Shown: positions 47,539 through 58,867, counted from the whole stretch's first letter. The stretch is 63,918 nucleotides of DNA, filler included, from Limisphaerales bacterium (GCA_044225505.1; 3 parts of 3 records of this genome joined end to end with filler, not necessarily neighbours in it), one strand, 5' to 3'. The notes: generated by a model from the sequence alone, not told the origin. Translations and numbers: made by a program.

Positions 47539-48636
47539 TTGTTTTATATGCCTCCACAGCACGAAGTGACGGCCGAACAGATCGAAGCGGATTTCGGCGC
47601 TGCGGATAGCGCACGACGATTTGCCAATTTCTGCAATGCGGTAATCCTCTGCGAATCGAGCCCGCGCACAAACTCGCTGCCCACATTGAGTGAGAAGCCC
47701 GGGCCAGACGGTGGAATGGACGGCGAATGGACGGTCGATTTAGTTCCTGGAAGCCCCTTTTTCAACCCATTCGCCCGGATAGGTTGGAACGTTTTTCAGT
47801 TTAAAGCACGCAGTTTAGCAGGAGGAGCTAGGAGCCGAGCGATCTCGTCATTGAAGTCGAGCGTAAAGGGGGCGCTTGACGATTTAGTCAAGCGGCTGCA
47901 GACGGCCAAGGAAGCGAGTTCGTACGTTCTGTTCACCAACGTGCAACTCGATTTGCGGACTGAGACCAAAACCAAACGAGGCGCCACTCTCAACCGGAAT
48001 CGTGCGAACCTATTGACGGCCATTAAATGGCGAACGAGGCTTCCCACTGAGGTCAGCATTATTGATGGAGCTCAACTCGCGGCATCCGCGAATAGTCATC
48101 CTGCGTTGCGCCTAACCTACTTTTCCGGGCCGACCGCTTGCTCGTGGGACGAAAAATGGGATCTGGAGGCGAAATCCAGGAACTACGGTGCAATCGGTCC
48201 GTTCACGGGACGCAAGCGGGAGGTTGATGAAATCGCGGCGTGGATTGAAGACCCGGCTGTTAAGGTCATCACGATCTTCGGTCCGAGTGGGATGGGAAAA
48301 ACCCGCCTCGCCCTGGAATGCACTCGTCGGAACCGCTGGCGGACGACGGTAGTGGACGTTATTGAGGAGTTCGAGCGGTGGAGCCTAACAGCGTTTAAGC
48401 TCGGAGCGGAGTCTGCGATTCTCATCGTAGAGGATCCCGATGCAGCCCAAGCTGAGCGACTGGCGAGGAAAGCGGTTGCGACTGAGGGGGTGAAGCTCGT
48501 CTTCACGTTTCCGAATCAAGGGGACATCCCGATCCTCCAACTCACCGATAGTCAGTCGGTACGGAGTCTGGCGCTTCAACCGCTGCCGGATGAGGACGCA
48601 AAGGCGCTGCTCTCCGCAGTGGGAGCACCGTTCTCA
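47539..48636 (+). CDS. PD-(D/E)xK-like nuclease fused to a STAND-type P-loop NTPase (3' truncated by gap)
   Basis: PDGGMDG...FQFK nuclease-like motif; FTGRKREV, Walker A GPSGMGKT, Walker B ILIVED, LQPL motif. Confidence 0.72.
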
Positions 48637-48736
48637 NNNNNNNNNNNNNNNNNNNNNNNNNNNNNNNNNNNNNNNNNNNNTTAATTAATTAANNNNNNNN
48701 NNNNNNNNNNNNNNNNNNNNNNNNNNNNNNNNNNNN
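48637..48736. other. Artificial contig-join spacer
   Basis: N runs around TTAATTAATTAA. Confidence 0.98.
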
Positions 48737-50289
48737 CTGTAGCTAATGGTAAGGGTGGATCCACTCTTGCTCACGCTCGTTGGGGAGACGTTGCCGCCAT
48801 TGAATGTCAAGGCGATCGTGTTGGTGTCGGCGACGGCACCTCCGACATCGGTAACGCTCATGCTGAATCCGAACGGAGAGACGCTAGCCCTTCCCATGGT
48901 CAAAGTAGCGGAACCGGCATCTGGGATCTTCTTATAATCGAGTTGGTCCGGCGTGAGGATCCCGCTCGTAATCTTCAGGCGGTCGACCGAGCCGGTGTAG
49001 GGCAGCGCACCATTCCATTCCGCGCCAACACTGAAGAACTTCTGGGTGCGTGCGAAGTGCATGCCGCCGGTGTATTCTTTGGTATCGCCCAGCGTGCCAT
49101 CGACATAAAAGCGTAGCTCTTTCCCAGCTTCGTGGACGACGGCAATATGGTGCCAGGCACCATCATCCGGGATAGCGGCGGCCGACGAAACGTCCGCGAT
49201 TGCCAGAGTGGTAACGAAAACTGTCCGGTCCGAGTTAACGGAGAAGGAAACGGCACCTCCTGGGCCGCCTGTGTAAAAGAAGACCATGCGTCCGGATGGG
49301 TTACCATCAAACTTCACCCAGGCTTGCAGCGTGAAGGACGGGTTGTTCGTTCCGAACTGGATGCGAGTATCCGGATCTTCCACTGTAAAGTACTGGCCGG
49401 GTTCGAAGTGAACGGCCGTATCTCCCGCTTGTCCGGAGGGCGAGTCCGTTACGAACGTGGGTGGATTCGCTGGATTTCCTGGCACTCCCGAGAGACTATT
49501 AATGGTGTCCGTGGTCTTGGTGCCACTGCCTTCGTCGAAGCCGAAAGAGGCTAGGCCCAAGGGAGGAGCCGCCCGATAGTCGAGCTGTTCAGGCGCGAGT
49601 ATGCCGCTGGTAATTTTAAGGCGGTCAACAGAGCCTGTATAAGGCAAGGCTCCGTTCCATTCGCTGCCGATACTGAAGAACTTTTGCGTGCGGGCAAAGT
49701 GCATGCCACCTGTGTACTCTTTGGTGTCGCCTAAGGCGCCGTCGACGTAGAACCGGAGTTCTTTGCCGTTCTCATGGACGACCGCGATGTGATGCCATCC
49801 TCCGTCGTCCGGGATCGCCGCTGCTGAAGAGACGTCCGCGACCGCCAGCGTCGTCACAAACACGGTACGATCCGAGTTGACGGAGAAGGAAACGGCACCG
49901 CCTGGCCCACCGGTGTAGAAGAACACCATGCGTCCTGCGGGATTGCCATCGAATTTCACCCAGGCCTGCAGAGTGAAAGAGGGATTGCTGGGATCAAACT
50001 GGATGCGGGTATCTGGGTCTTCCACGGTCAGGTACTGTCCAGACTCGAAGTGCATTGCTGTATCGCCCGCACGACCCGACGGCGAACTGATGTCGAAGGT
50101 GGGTGGTTTGGCGGATGAGCCCGGCAAACCCACCAAGCTGTTGATACTGTCCGTGACCTTTGTGCCTGTGCCCTCATCGAAACCAAAACTGACGAGGTTG
50201 GTTGCGGCCTGGAGGGGAACTGATGCCAAGAAGACAGCCGCTGCGATGCGCAGCCCGAGCTGTTTCACTTTCGGGATTTGATATGCCAT
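48737..50289 (-). CDS. Secreted protein with two tandem LamG-like jelly-roll domains (3' truncated by gap)
   Basis: Signal peptide; FGFDEG..FTLQAWVK..WHHIAVV..FYVDG..GSVDRLKI occurs twice. Confidence 0.85.
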
Positions 50290-50768
50290 GTTACGACCTT
50301 TCGTTTTCGGGTTACTTCATGTCACTTCGCGGACCTTTCAGTCCGGACAGCGTATCGGGAACACGATCCGCTGAGTCGAAATGGCCTGTGGGCATTCGTG
50401 AGTAAAAGCTGGATCTCCAGCGCCCGGAGGGAACGGTCGGCCGATTCCTGGGTGATCCACACTCATCGCCATCGCCGCTTAGGCAACACTGATTGAAGAC
50501 CTGGCAGCAAACGACTGTCAACCAACTTCGTCCTTTAAACGAAGGCGCCGATGGCCGGTTCTGTCGGCGATGGTCCAACACAGATCAGCCAGCTTGAAAC
50601 CCAGGCTCGTGGAACTCCCGCGTCTTGAGCGAAGTGGATGAAGCGAACTAAAGGGGACAGTCTATCCCCCGGCAACATTTACGGCATCGTCAGGGCGATA
50701 CCATGGACACATACGGCAATGCGCCAGCCCTTTTCCCCTCTGGCACCTCGAAAGAGCAGCCTCGAAGC

Positions 50769-51362
50769 CTACTTCGCCCCTTGATCCACCCAAGCGCGCA
50801 AGAGCGCCACCTGGTCAGTCGTCAACGGCTTGGGAGGGGGGCCAAATCCGCCGCCACGCGGGCCTCCCGGACCGCCAGGTCCACCCGGACCACCACCTGG
50901 AGGACCTGGTGGCCGATTCGCTGCACCTCCCGGAGTCCCTTGGGTGCCAGGTCCGCCTGGGCCTCCGGGACCGCCTGGACCCCCGGGCCCCCCAGGCCCG
51001 CGCGGACGAAATTTTGGGGGCATGGCGGTATCTTCGTTAATCTGTGCCGCCGCGATAACCAGGGCGCTCTGATGCCCTTTGCCAGCAACGAGGATTTTGC
51101 CATCTTTGCCTCCCTCTTGGATGGCTTGCAAACTGTCGAGCCGCAAGCCGCCCTTCTGCTGCTCTTCGCCATGACAACGGAAGCAGGATGCTTCCAGGAT
51201 GGGTTTGATATCCTTGGCGTAAGTGAGGCCTTTTTGTTTTGCGGCGGCCGGGAGTTTGGAGGTGTCGACTTTGCTGACATCCCATTTCTCTTTCTCTGCC
51301 GCTTGGGTCGAAATGCCGACGGCCATAAGGCCGGCGACAATCCAGGGGTAGGGGTATTTCAT
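50769..51362 (-). CDS. Planctomycete-type monoheme cytochrome c with Gly/Pro-rich insertion
   Basis: Signal peptide; [33 protein letters not shown]. Confidence 0.88.
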   Translation of the reverse strand: MKYPYPWIVAGLMAVGISTQAAEKEKWDVSKVDTSKLPAAAKQKGLTYAKDIKPILEASCFRCHGEEQQKGGLRLDSLQAIQEGGKDGKILVAGKGHQSALVIAAAQINEDTAMPPKFRPRGPGGPGGPGGPGGPGGPGTQGTPGGAANRPPGPPGGGPGGPGGPGGPRGGGFGPPPKPLTTDQVALLRAWVDQGAK

Positions 51363-51639
51363 AATTGTTTACGGAACCTTCTGCGTTCATCAACGAAGAC
51401 CGAACGATCTTTCCCGCGGTTACAATGAAATCCATCAGCTCCCGCGGGAATAACGCACTGAGAAACACCGCTGCCGCCGCGCGCTGAGGACGCTATCGGG
51501 TGATTCAAAACAAGTTAATCGGAGCCAATCGTGACGGTCGCGACAAAGGTTGTCTTTGAGTTTATCTAATGACTTTGTGTTCTATGAATTCATTCTGTGA
51601 ATGACAACTGTGGACTCGGAGAGGTCAACTCCTTAGGCT

Positions 51640-54084
51640 GTGCGAATGAAGCTGTCTCTTCGAGATGCAGCAATTTCGTTAGTCCAGGGGCTGGCATCTT
51701 TTGAGGAGAGCCCTTTGGGCAGTTGTGTCCCTGGCGACTGCCGTCGTGTCTTTAACCGTCGACCCGGTCTGGCGCTTTGGGTTCTTCGAATAACGCTGGC
51801 ATCTGTCTTTTCGCTCGCGGTGCCGTTGCGAGCGGCTGGGCGTGCTAACGAACCCGCAGTAGTGATTCAGCATCCTTTCCTCGGTGCTGTCATGCCCCAC
51901 AACATGCCCTCCCCAGCGGTTTTATGGAAATTTCCGAAACTGGAAACGTATGTTTGGGCAGCGCGTTGGAATGCAGGTTCGAATACTTGGCAGTTTGAAA
52001 ATGTCCGGCCGATGTGGCGGCCGCCGGAAGGCGCGTGGCTTGAAATCAAAACAGCCGCAAGCACCGGCGATATCGAGTTAATCCTCATTGGGCGGCCTGC
52101 TGACCGATCTGCGTCAGTCACTGCTCAAGCCTCCGTTCGGTTTTCGATTGCTCCCGAGTCCGTCACGGATTCGTTGTTCTACCGCGACGTGAACTTGCCA
52201 TTCCTTGAAGCGGTCAAAGACCCGTCGAAGATACGCTGGCGGTTTGGCACGATCGATACCGGCGTGTTGCCGCCGGTGGTTTTGCAGAACATGATCGTTT
52301 GCGGGAACTGCCACTCCTTCAGCCGAGATGGCAAGTATTTGGCCATGGATATTGATTACGCGAACGACAAAGGTTCCTACGTGATGACTCGCACTGCGCC
52401 GGAGATGCAATTAGCCACGAGCGATATCATTACCTGGGGCGATTTTCGTCGTGAGGACGGGCAAGAGACCCTCGGGTTGCTTTCTCAGATTTCCCCAGAT
52501 GGACGCTACGTCCTGAGCACGGTGAAAGATTTGTCGGTTTTTATGCCGAAACCGGATTTAGCTTTCTCACAGCTCTTCTTTCCGTTCATGGGGATTATTG
52601 GTGTCTACGATCGTGAGACCAAATCGTTCTCGTCGTTACCCGGGGCGGATGATCCAGCGTTCGTGCAGAGCAATGCGACCTGGAGCCCGGATGGAAAGTG
52701 GGTCGTGTTTGCGCGGAATCGCGCCGTCCTGCTCAAGGGGGCTCGGCAAAAGGGCCGCGTGATGCTCAGTCGCGAGGATAATGATGAATTGTTCCGAGCT
52801 ACGGCCGAGTACAAGTACGATTTATACCGCGTTCCGTTCAATGGCGGCAAGGGAGGCAAGTCCGAACCGCTCTTGGGAGCGTCCAAGAATGGGCGCAGCA
52901 ACTTTTTCCCTAAGTATTCGCCGGATGGGCGGTGGATTGTGTACTGCCAGGCCTCCAACTACATGCTGCTTCAGCGTGACAGCGAAATGTTTATCATTCC
53001 GTCGGAAGGGGGCGAGGCAAAGCGTCTGCGCTGCAATTTGACTCGGATGAACTCCTGGCACAGTTGGTCTTTAGATGGCCGTTGGCTCGTCTTTACTTCC
53101 AAAGAACATTCGGATTACACACAACTTTACTTGACTCGGATCAACATGCAGGGCGAGGCGAGTCCGCCTGTGTGGCTGGCTCACATGGTCGAACCCGAAC
53201 GTGTGGCAAATATTCCCGAGTTTGTCGCGCTTCCCGCACGAGGCATTGCCAGAATCCAGGAGAGATTTGTCGACGACGTTTCCTACGTTCGTGCCGGGAA
53301 CGAATTTCTGCGCGCTCGGGAAGTCGGAAATGCCATTGTCAAATATCGGGCTGCGGTGGACTTGAACCCGAACAACGCATTGGCGCGACAGAGGCTGGGA
53401 ATGTTGCTATTGCAGCAAACGAATAAAACGGAGGGCATCCAGCAGTTACAGGCGGCGGTGCAACTGGATCCTCGGGATCCAATGGTCCGATATGCTCTCG
53501 CGTGCACCTTAGCGGGGCGCGGGGAGCTATCGAACGCGGTGGTTCATTTGGAAGAGGGGCTAAAGTGGCTGCCGAACGCTTCCGAGCAACAAGCCGGCCT
53601 TTTCGACCCGGTGCGGCGGTTGCCGGAGTTAATGCATGTCAAACTGGCTCTGGCCTATAATCAAGCTGGCAATCTCCCCGCAGCTGAACGGCATTACCGC
53701 GACGCTCTGGGGTTGGCAAGCGATTATCCAGAAGCACATCAAAACCTAGGCACCTTGTTACTACGCTCCGGCCGGATGGAGGAAGCCGAGACGCATTTCA
53801 AAGCCGCCATACAGTTCATGCCTCGTTTGGCTGAATCTCACAATTGTTTGGGAGTAATCCGACTTCGTCAAAACCGGCGGGCCGAAGCGCTTGCCTGCTT
53901 TAGCAAGGCAGTCGAGTGTGACGGGAAAGATTGGCAGGCTCGACTCAACCTGGGACTGACTTTGCTGGCGGACGATCAACGAGAGGCCGCACATGAGCAA
54001 TTTGCGGAAGTGTTACGGCTGCACCCTACCTGTGAAACTGCCCGGAAAGGTCTGGATGAATTACTCTCGAGAGGGAGCCATTAA
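51640..54084 (+). CDS. TolB-like (PD40) beta-propeller plus C-terminal TPR protein with CxxCH motif (start uncertain)
   Basis: CGNCHS; ISPDGRY, WSPDGKW, YSPDGRW repeats; TPRs (AHQNLG, SHNCLG, ARLNLG). Confidence 0.82.
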   Translation: MRMKLSLRDAAISLVQGLASFEESPLGSCVPGDCRRVFNRRPGLALWVLRITLASVFSLAVPLRAAGRANEPAVVIQHPFLGAVMPHNMPSPAVLWKFPKLETYVWAARWNAGSNTWQFENVRPMWRPPEGAWLEIKTAASTGDIELILIGRPADRSASVTAQASVRFSIAPESVTDSLFYRDVNLPFLEAVKDPSKIRWRFGTIDTGVLPPVVLQNMIVCGNCHSFSRDGKYLAMDIDYANDKGSYVMTRTAPEMQLATSDIITWGDFRREDGQETLGLLSQISPDGRYVLSTVKDLSVFMPKPDLAFSQLFFPFMGIIGVYDRETKSFSSLPGADDPAFVQSNATWSPDGKWVVFARNRAVLLKGARQKGRVMLSREDNDELFRATAEYKYDLYRVPFNGGKGGKSEPLLGASKNGRSNFFPKYSPDGRWIVYCQASNYMLLQRDSEMFIIPSEGGEAKRLRCNLTRMNSWHSWSLDGRWLVFTSKEHSDYTQLYLTRINMQGEASPPVWLAHMVEPERVANIPEFVALPARGIARIQERFVDDVSYVRAGNEFLRAREVGNAIVKYRAAVDLNPNNALARQRLGMLLLQQTNKTEGIQQLQAAVQLDPRDPMVRYALACTLAGRGELSNAVVHLEEGLKWLPNASEQQAGLFDPVRRLPELMHVKLALAYNQAGNLPAAERHYRDALGLASDYPEAHQNLGTLLLRSGRMEEAETHFKAAIQFMPRLAESHNCLGVIRLRQNRRAEALACFSKAVECDGKDWQARLNLGLTLLADDQREAAHEQFAEVLRLHPTCETARKGLDELLSRGSH

Positions 54085-54450
54085 AAAATGGCGGATTATC
54101 CCTCCCGATTGCGCATAGAACAATGCGGTGGCTGTGTTTGCTAGCCGTCTGCACTGTGTAAGTCGGTGCTAATACTGGCGGCTTGCGAACTGTGCGCCGC
54201 TCGCTCGGTAACGCTAGAGTAGCCTGCTTGCTGTTCAAGCGGGGCGATTGGAATATAATCTAGCGGTTGGCAGCCGCTCTTCCCAATCGGAGCGGCTTCC
54301 TCCACAGCAAAGAGGTTGGATAGCCCCGAAGGAGGTTTGGCCCGAAGGGAAAACACTGGAGCTATCACGCTGGATTCAGGCTATGTCATCCTGAATACGG
54401 TTCTGCGGAGATTGGGCCGAGTTTTCGCATGTAGAGGGGACGAATGCGGA

Positions 54451-55191
54451 ATGAGTAATAAATCGATAACTCAAGGAGATCAGAGATGGAGTGAGCGCAA
54501 GGGGCAGCTCGTTAAAGTGACGTTGGGGCTGGTGGCCTTGGTCTTGGCGGCAGTGATTGGTTTCATGTCGGGAGCAATGCGGTCCGGCGCTTCTGGAACT
54601 CTCGCATTGCAGCAGCGGGTTCCGTTCGATGTCTTTTGGAATCAGCAATCTTTTTCCGAGGTGGAAAACACCATGGCAAAACTTGAGGCTTTGTCGGCTG
54701 AGTTCCTGACTGAGGTGCGTCTTCGTCACGACATCAGCGCGTCAACCTGGCCAGCGTCGCAACCCGCCGGGGGTCGTTCCTATTCTGTGGATCCGGCGCA
54801 CGCGATCGGTGAGATCCAGAAGGGAATTGAGGGTTTCAAAGGTACGGAGCAGGAGTTGCTCTTAAGCCGGGAACTACTTTCACTGCTCAAACGACAGCAT
54901 TTGGATGAACGTTGGTTGAATGTGTATCTTGCGATTCTCTACGCGCATCCTATGGATCCTCTCGTTGCCAGCGCGGCCGCGGATGCGGTAATGATCAGCA
55001 CCCAGATCGGTCGAGGCGACGAGTTGGCTAGGGCTTTCGCTTTTCTCAACTTCATTCCGTTGGAGTTTCCGGGTAAGGAGCGAATCTCCACCATATCTGA
55101 AGGTCTGCGGTTTACTGAAATCTTTTCGGCTGAGCTGGAGACGGTGGCGCGTCGTCAGCCTCCCGATCCCGGGGAAGAGCTTTGGCAATGA
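54451..55191 (+). CDS. Hypothetical single-pass membrane protein
   Basis: Start reassigned to MSNKS; one TM segment; ATGA overlap with the signal peptidase gene. Confidence 0.65.
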   Translation: MSNKSITQGDQRWSERKGQLVKVTLGLVALVLAAVIGFMSGAMRSGASGTLALQQRVPFDVFWNQQSFSEVENTMAKLEALSAEFLTEVRLRHDISASTWPASQPAGGRSYSVDPAHAIGEIQKGIEGFKGTEQELLLSRELLSLLKRQHLDERWLNVYLAILYAHPMDPLVASAAADAVMISTQIGRGDELARAFAFLNFIPLEFPGKERISTISEGLRFTEIFSAELETVARRQPPDPGEELWQ

Positions 55192-55712
55192 GCTTCGGAA
55201 AGGTTGATCGATGGTTCACGCGGTCGAAGCGCTTGTTGGTGGCGATCGCTATGTGCTCCGGGTTGATTCTGCTTCAGGGCCGATTTCGTTTGGGCGTGGT
55301 CATTGGAGACAGCATGCTTCCGGGACTGACGACAGGTGATATCCTGTTAATCCATAAGCGAGCGTATGACGCCGCTAATCCAGGTCGTGGAGATGTTGTG
55401 CTCGCCCGGTTTGGGAACGAGAGCATTGTGAAGCGAGTCGTTGGGTTGCCAGGAGAAGAGGTTGCCCTGCAGTTCGGGCGGATCTACGTCAATGGAGAAG
55501 CGGTTGCGGAACCCCAAAAGACTCTCCCTGGGACGCTATCCATCAACCCCGGACGCCTGTTTCGAGATCGATTTGCGCTTCTTGGCGACAATCGAACAGT
55601 GGGTCTTTCGACGTTCGTGCACGCCGTTGTTTCCAAGGACGAGATCGTGGGCAAGGTCGTCGCGACCTTTCACGTCGGACATTTTCCGGTCGCTTGGCTG
55701 ACAACCGATTAG
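55188..55712 (+). CDS. lepB: Signal peptidase I (S26)
   Basis: GDSMLPGL (Ser), RGDVV, VKRVVGLPG (Lys), LGDNR. Confidence 0.9.
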   Translation: MSFGKVDRWFTRSKRLLVAIAMCSGLILLQGRFRLGVVIGDSMLPGLTTGDILLIHKRAYDAANPGRGDVVLARFGNESIVKRVVGLPGEEVALQFGRIYVNGEAVAEPQKTLPGTLSINPGRLFRDRFALLGDNRTVGLSTFVHAVVSKDEIVGKVVATFHVGHFPVAWLTTD

Positions 55713-55830
55713 AAAGCGAAGTCGGAACTAAAGTCCGTTTTCGACCTTCCCTGGACATGCCCGGCTCAAAATCCGCGTCGAGTTTTGGGCGGTTGCTTGC
55801 ACGGTTGCGGAAGGCACCGTGGCAACCACC

Positions 55831-56793
55831 TTAACGGAGGGGACGACCTTCGATCGGTTTGCCGTTGGTCGTCAGTATTTGGAAGTGATGGATTCCGTGC
55901 GGCGAGGCGTCTGTATACCGCCAAACCACCTTTTTATCTGGGGTAACCTCGATAAGCTTTGTATGGCGAGTTCCGATTCCGTAACTTGTCAGCACCGTAT
56001 TGCCGTTCGGCAGCCGTTGCGCTCCGCAAGCGTCCTTGATGAACGGCTCGGGCAGGTCTGAGTTTTGGAGTTGCCACACGGACGCGCCGTTCCCATCGAT
56101 TTCCAGAGTGGTGTTGCCATAGGTGCAGTTGACGAGCGTATGACCATTCTCAAGGCGTATGGCTGTGAATGGCCAGTGCGGAGTCTTCGCTTCCCAAACC
56201 ATCGAGCCGTCCGCTGAGTATTCCCGCACAACTTTGTCGAAAAGCTGTGGAATCAAGTAGTGACCATTCGCCAATTTGCGGCTCATGCGGGATTGCATGT
56301 GGAAGTTGGTAAGTTGGCATTGGATCGGGAATTCCACCAGGACCTTTCCTTCGCTGCTGATCTCGAGAAGTCGCGGCTTCGGGCCGGCCTCAGTGAGCAA
56401 GGTGTTGCCGTTCGGCAACCGCTGTGCCGTGTTGATCTCGGACTGAGTCCCTTTAAACTCCAGATATACCTTGCCCGCGCGGTCAAGTTCGATCACCCCG
56501 CCGCCTTTGTAATCCTGGTCGTCTTTGGAGAGCGTCAGGAGCAAATGCTCGTTGGGAAGAACCCACCCATCGCGCGTGCTATGAGGATAGGTCCATAAGT
56601 TGGCGCCGTTTTCTCCGACCAGCCGAGTTTCCGCGCCCGTTGCCAGGAATGAGTGTGTCACGGGCGTTTCTGCAACGTCGCTGGCCGCCGAAGCGGCTTG
56701 AGCGGAGCGTGAGGGATTGGAAACCTGGAGGAGCAGGCCAATCCATGGGGCGAGACAATACAACCAAGAACGCCGGGAAGGGCGGCAGCACAT
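55831..56793 (-). CDS. Secreted beta-propeller repeat protein (PQQ/arylsulfotransferase-like)
   Basis: Repeated AQRLPNGNTL and IEVTPDKKVVW motifs; start reassigned. Confidence 0.75.
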   Translation of the reverse strand: MCCRPSRRSWLYCLAPWIGLLLQVSNPSRSAQAASAASDVAETPVTHSFLATGAETRLVGENGANLWTYPHSTRDGWVLPNEHLLLTLSKDDQDYKGGGVIELDRAGKVYLEFKGTQSEINTAQRLPNGNTLLTEAGPKPRLLEISSEGKVLVEFPIQCQLTNFHMQSRMSRKLANGHYLIPQLFDKVVREYSADGSMVWEAKTPHWPFTAIRLENGHTLVNCTYGNTTLEIDGNGASVWQLQNSDLPEPFIKDACGAQRLPNGNTVLTSYGIGTRHTKLIEVTPDKKVVWRYTDASPHGIHHFQILTTNGKPIEGRPLR

Positions 56794-56815
56794 TAGCTTT
56801 GCGGGGATGAAGGAG

Positions 56816-57016
56816 TTAGCGGTTTTTCGATCGACGAGCCAACCACAGCATGGCGCCAGCAAAAACGACGAAGATTAGCCCGCACCAAAGGTTGATGTTT
56901 ATGCCAAGGGACTTCTGATACATGGCGTCGGAACTAGTCGCGATCCCGTAGACCGTTAGGATCAGGCCGAGAAGTCCGAACATCAGACCGATCGGCAGAC
57001 GGATGTCGAGTTGCAT
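56816..57016 (-). CDS. Small two-TM protein associated with the SSS transporter
   Basis: MQLDIRLPIG...GININLWCG; directly downstream of the symporter. Confidence 0.75.
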   Translation of the reverse strand: MQLDIRLPIGLMFGLLGLILTVYGIATSSDAMYQKSLGININLWCGLIFVVFAGAMLWLARRSKNR

Positions 57017-57026
57017 ACAAATCTTC

Positions 57027-58760
57027 CTACCAGAATAACAAGTTGAGAATGAGCGTTGCCAGAAGGACGACGCAACCGAGGAACGCCGGCTGTTTGAGCC
57101 AAGGGACACCTTGTTCTTTGACTTTGGGAGTTAGGGAATAGACCAATCCTCGCAGTTCTTCGTCCGTTTTGTTTTGCCGCGTCACCACAGACACGATTAC
57201 GGTCACGGCGAAGCAGGCCGTGAAGGCGTAAATTGCGGCCCAGAAGTTTTGGGCCATTTCGACCGGATAGGTGTGCATCCCGGGAACCCCTGAAAGCCAC
57301 CCTCCTTTAATTCCGGGAACGGCGCCTGCTGGCAAAGTCAATCCGTGGTGGAGCGCGGCGGCGGCGGTGCCTGCGATCAAGCCCCAGAACGCTCCATGCC
57401 CTGTGGTGCGGCGCCAGAACATCCCGAGCAGGAATGTTGCGAAGAGCGGGGCGTTTACGAACCCGAAGACCAGCTGCAGCATGTCCATGATATTGTTGAA
57501 TGCGCGGGCGACGTAAGCGCAAGCCACACTGATCAGGATGCCGACAACCGTAATAATCTGGCCCATGCGCAGGTAATGCTGATCCGGTTGGCCCGGACGG
57601 ATGTAGCTCTGGTAAAGATCGTAGGTCCAAACCGTGTTAAACGCGGTGACGTTACCCGCCATACCACTCATGAACGAGGCCATCAACGCGGTGATGCCCA
57701 CACCCAAAAGTCCCGAGGGGAAGAAATGGGCCAACATCACCGGGACCGTCATGTTGTAGTCCACCGCGCCACTCGCGTCTTTCGGGAGAAAACTGCCCAG
57801 GTCCTGCTGCAGCCCGATGGCGATCATGCCGGGCAGGATCACCAAGGCCGGGAAGAGCATTTTCGGAAATGCAGCAATGAGAGGCGTGCGTCGGGCGGCT
57901 GACATGGAATCTGCGGCCATGGCGCGTTGGACAACCAGGAAATCTGTGCACCAGTAGCCAAACGAGAGAACAAACCCCAGCCCGAATACCATGCCAAACC
58001 ATTCCACTCCCATGGGATTGGCCGCGGGCGAAGACATGTGAGTCCACGACTCAGTCCAAGCTCCGGGAGCAAAGGCTTTCCCCGCAGGATTGGCAGGATT
58101 TGTGGCGACCGCGGTTAGCTTTTGGACTAGGCCGCTCCAGCCGCCGACGCTTTTCATGCCAAGGAAGACGAGAGGGGCAAATCCAAGAACAATCATGAAG
58201 AACTGCAACACTTCGTTATAGATGGCGGACGTTAGCCCGCCCAAGAAGATATAGCCCAGGACGATGGCGGCTGAGACGGCAATGCAAAGGTCGTAATTAA
58301 AACCCAGGATTTGTTCGAGCAAGCGGGCGAGGGCGTGCATGGAAATGCCCGACGAGAAAACCGTCATGACAGCAAAAGAAACTGCATTGAACGCGCGCGT
58401 TTTCTCGTCGAACCGAAGTTTGAGATACTCCGGGACTGAGCGCGCTTTCGATCCGTAATAGAACGGCATCATAAAAATGCCAATGAAGACCATGGCTGGG
58501 ATGGCTCCGACCCAATAGAAGTGGCATGTCATGATGCCATACTTGGCGCCCGAAGCGGCCATCCCGATCACTTCTTGCGCTCCCAGATTCGCGGAAATAA
58601 AAGCCAGCCCGGTGATCCAGGCTGGGATGGAGCGTCCCGACAGAAGGAAGTCGAGACTGGTCTTCATGTAGCGCTTGAGCGCCCAGCCAATGCCAAGGAC
58701 AAACGCGAAGTAGACTGCCAGGATCAAGTAGTCGATCGGGCCAAGTTGAATACTATGCAT
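57027..58760 (-). CDS. Sodium:solute symporter (Na+/galactose-like)
   Basis: FLLSGRS, SANLGA, SVPEYLKLRF, WCTDFLVVQRAMAA. Confidence 0.93.
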   Translation of the reverse strand: MHSIQLGPIDYLILAVYFAFVLGIGWALKRYMKTSLDFLLSGRSIPAWITGLAFISANLGAQEVIGMAASGAKYGIMTCHFYWVGAIPAMVFIGIFMMPFYYGSKARSVPEYLKLRFDEKTRAFNAVSFAVMTVFSSGISMHALARLLEQILGFNYDLCIAVSAAIVLGYIFLGGLTSAIYNEVLQFFMIVLGFAPLVFLGMKSVGGWSGLVQKLTAVATNPANPAGKAFAPGAWTESWTHMSSPAANPMGVEWFGMVFGLGFVLSFGYWCTDFLVVQRAMAADSMSAARRTPLIAAFPKMLFPALVILPGMIAIGLQQDLGSFLPKDASGAVDYNMTVPVMLAHFFPSGLLGVGITALMASFMSGMAGNVTAFNTVWTYDLYQSYIRPGQPDQHYLRMGQIITVVGILISVACAYVARAFNNIMDMLQLVFGFVNAPLFATFLLGMFWRRTTGHGAFWGLIAGTAAAALHHGLTLPAGAVPGIKGGWLSGVPGMHTYPVEMAQNFWAAIYAFTACFAVTVIVSVVTRQNKTDEELRGLVYSLTPKVKEQGVPWLKQPAFLGCVVLLATLILNLLFW

Positions 58761-58867
58761 GTGCAGATAGAGTGGAATGTCAGCAAACCAAGTTCGATTC
58801 GTCTAATGGCGGGCCACTCCGCCGAAGAGCCGAGGTCGAAAACGACAGGGTCGCGCAGGAGTTCACG

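Noticed and set aside
50830..51010. Short periodic GC-rich repeats as a CRISPR array or a collagen-like plus-strand ORF
   Set aside because: No repeat-spacer structure; this is the coding Gly-Pro loop of the minus-strand cytochrome
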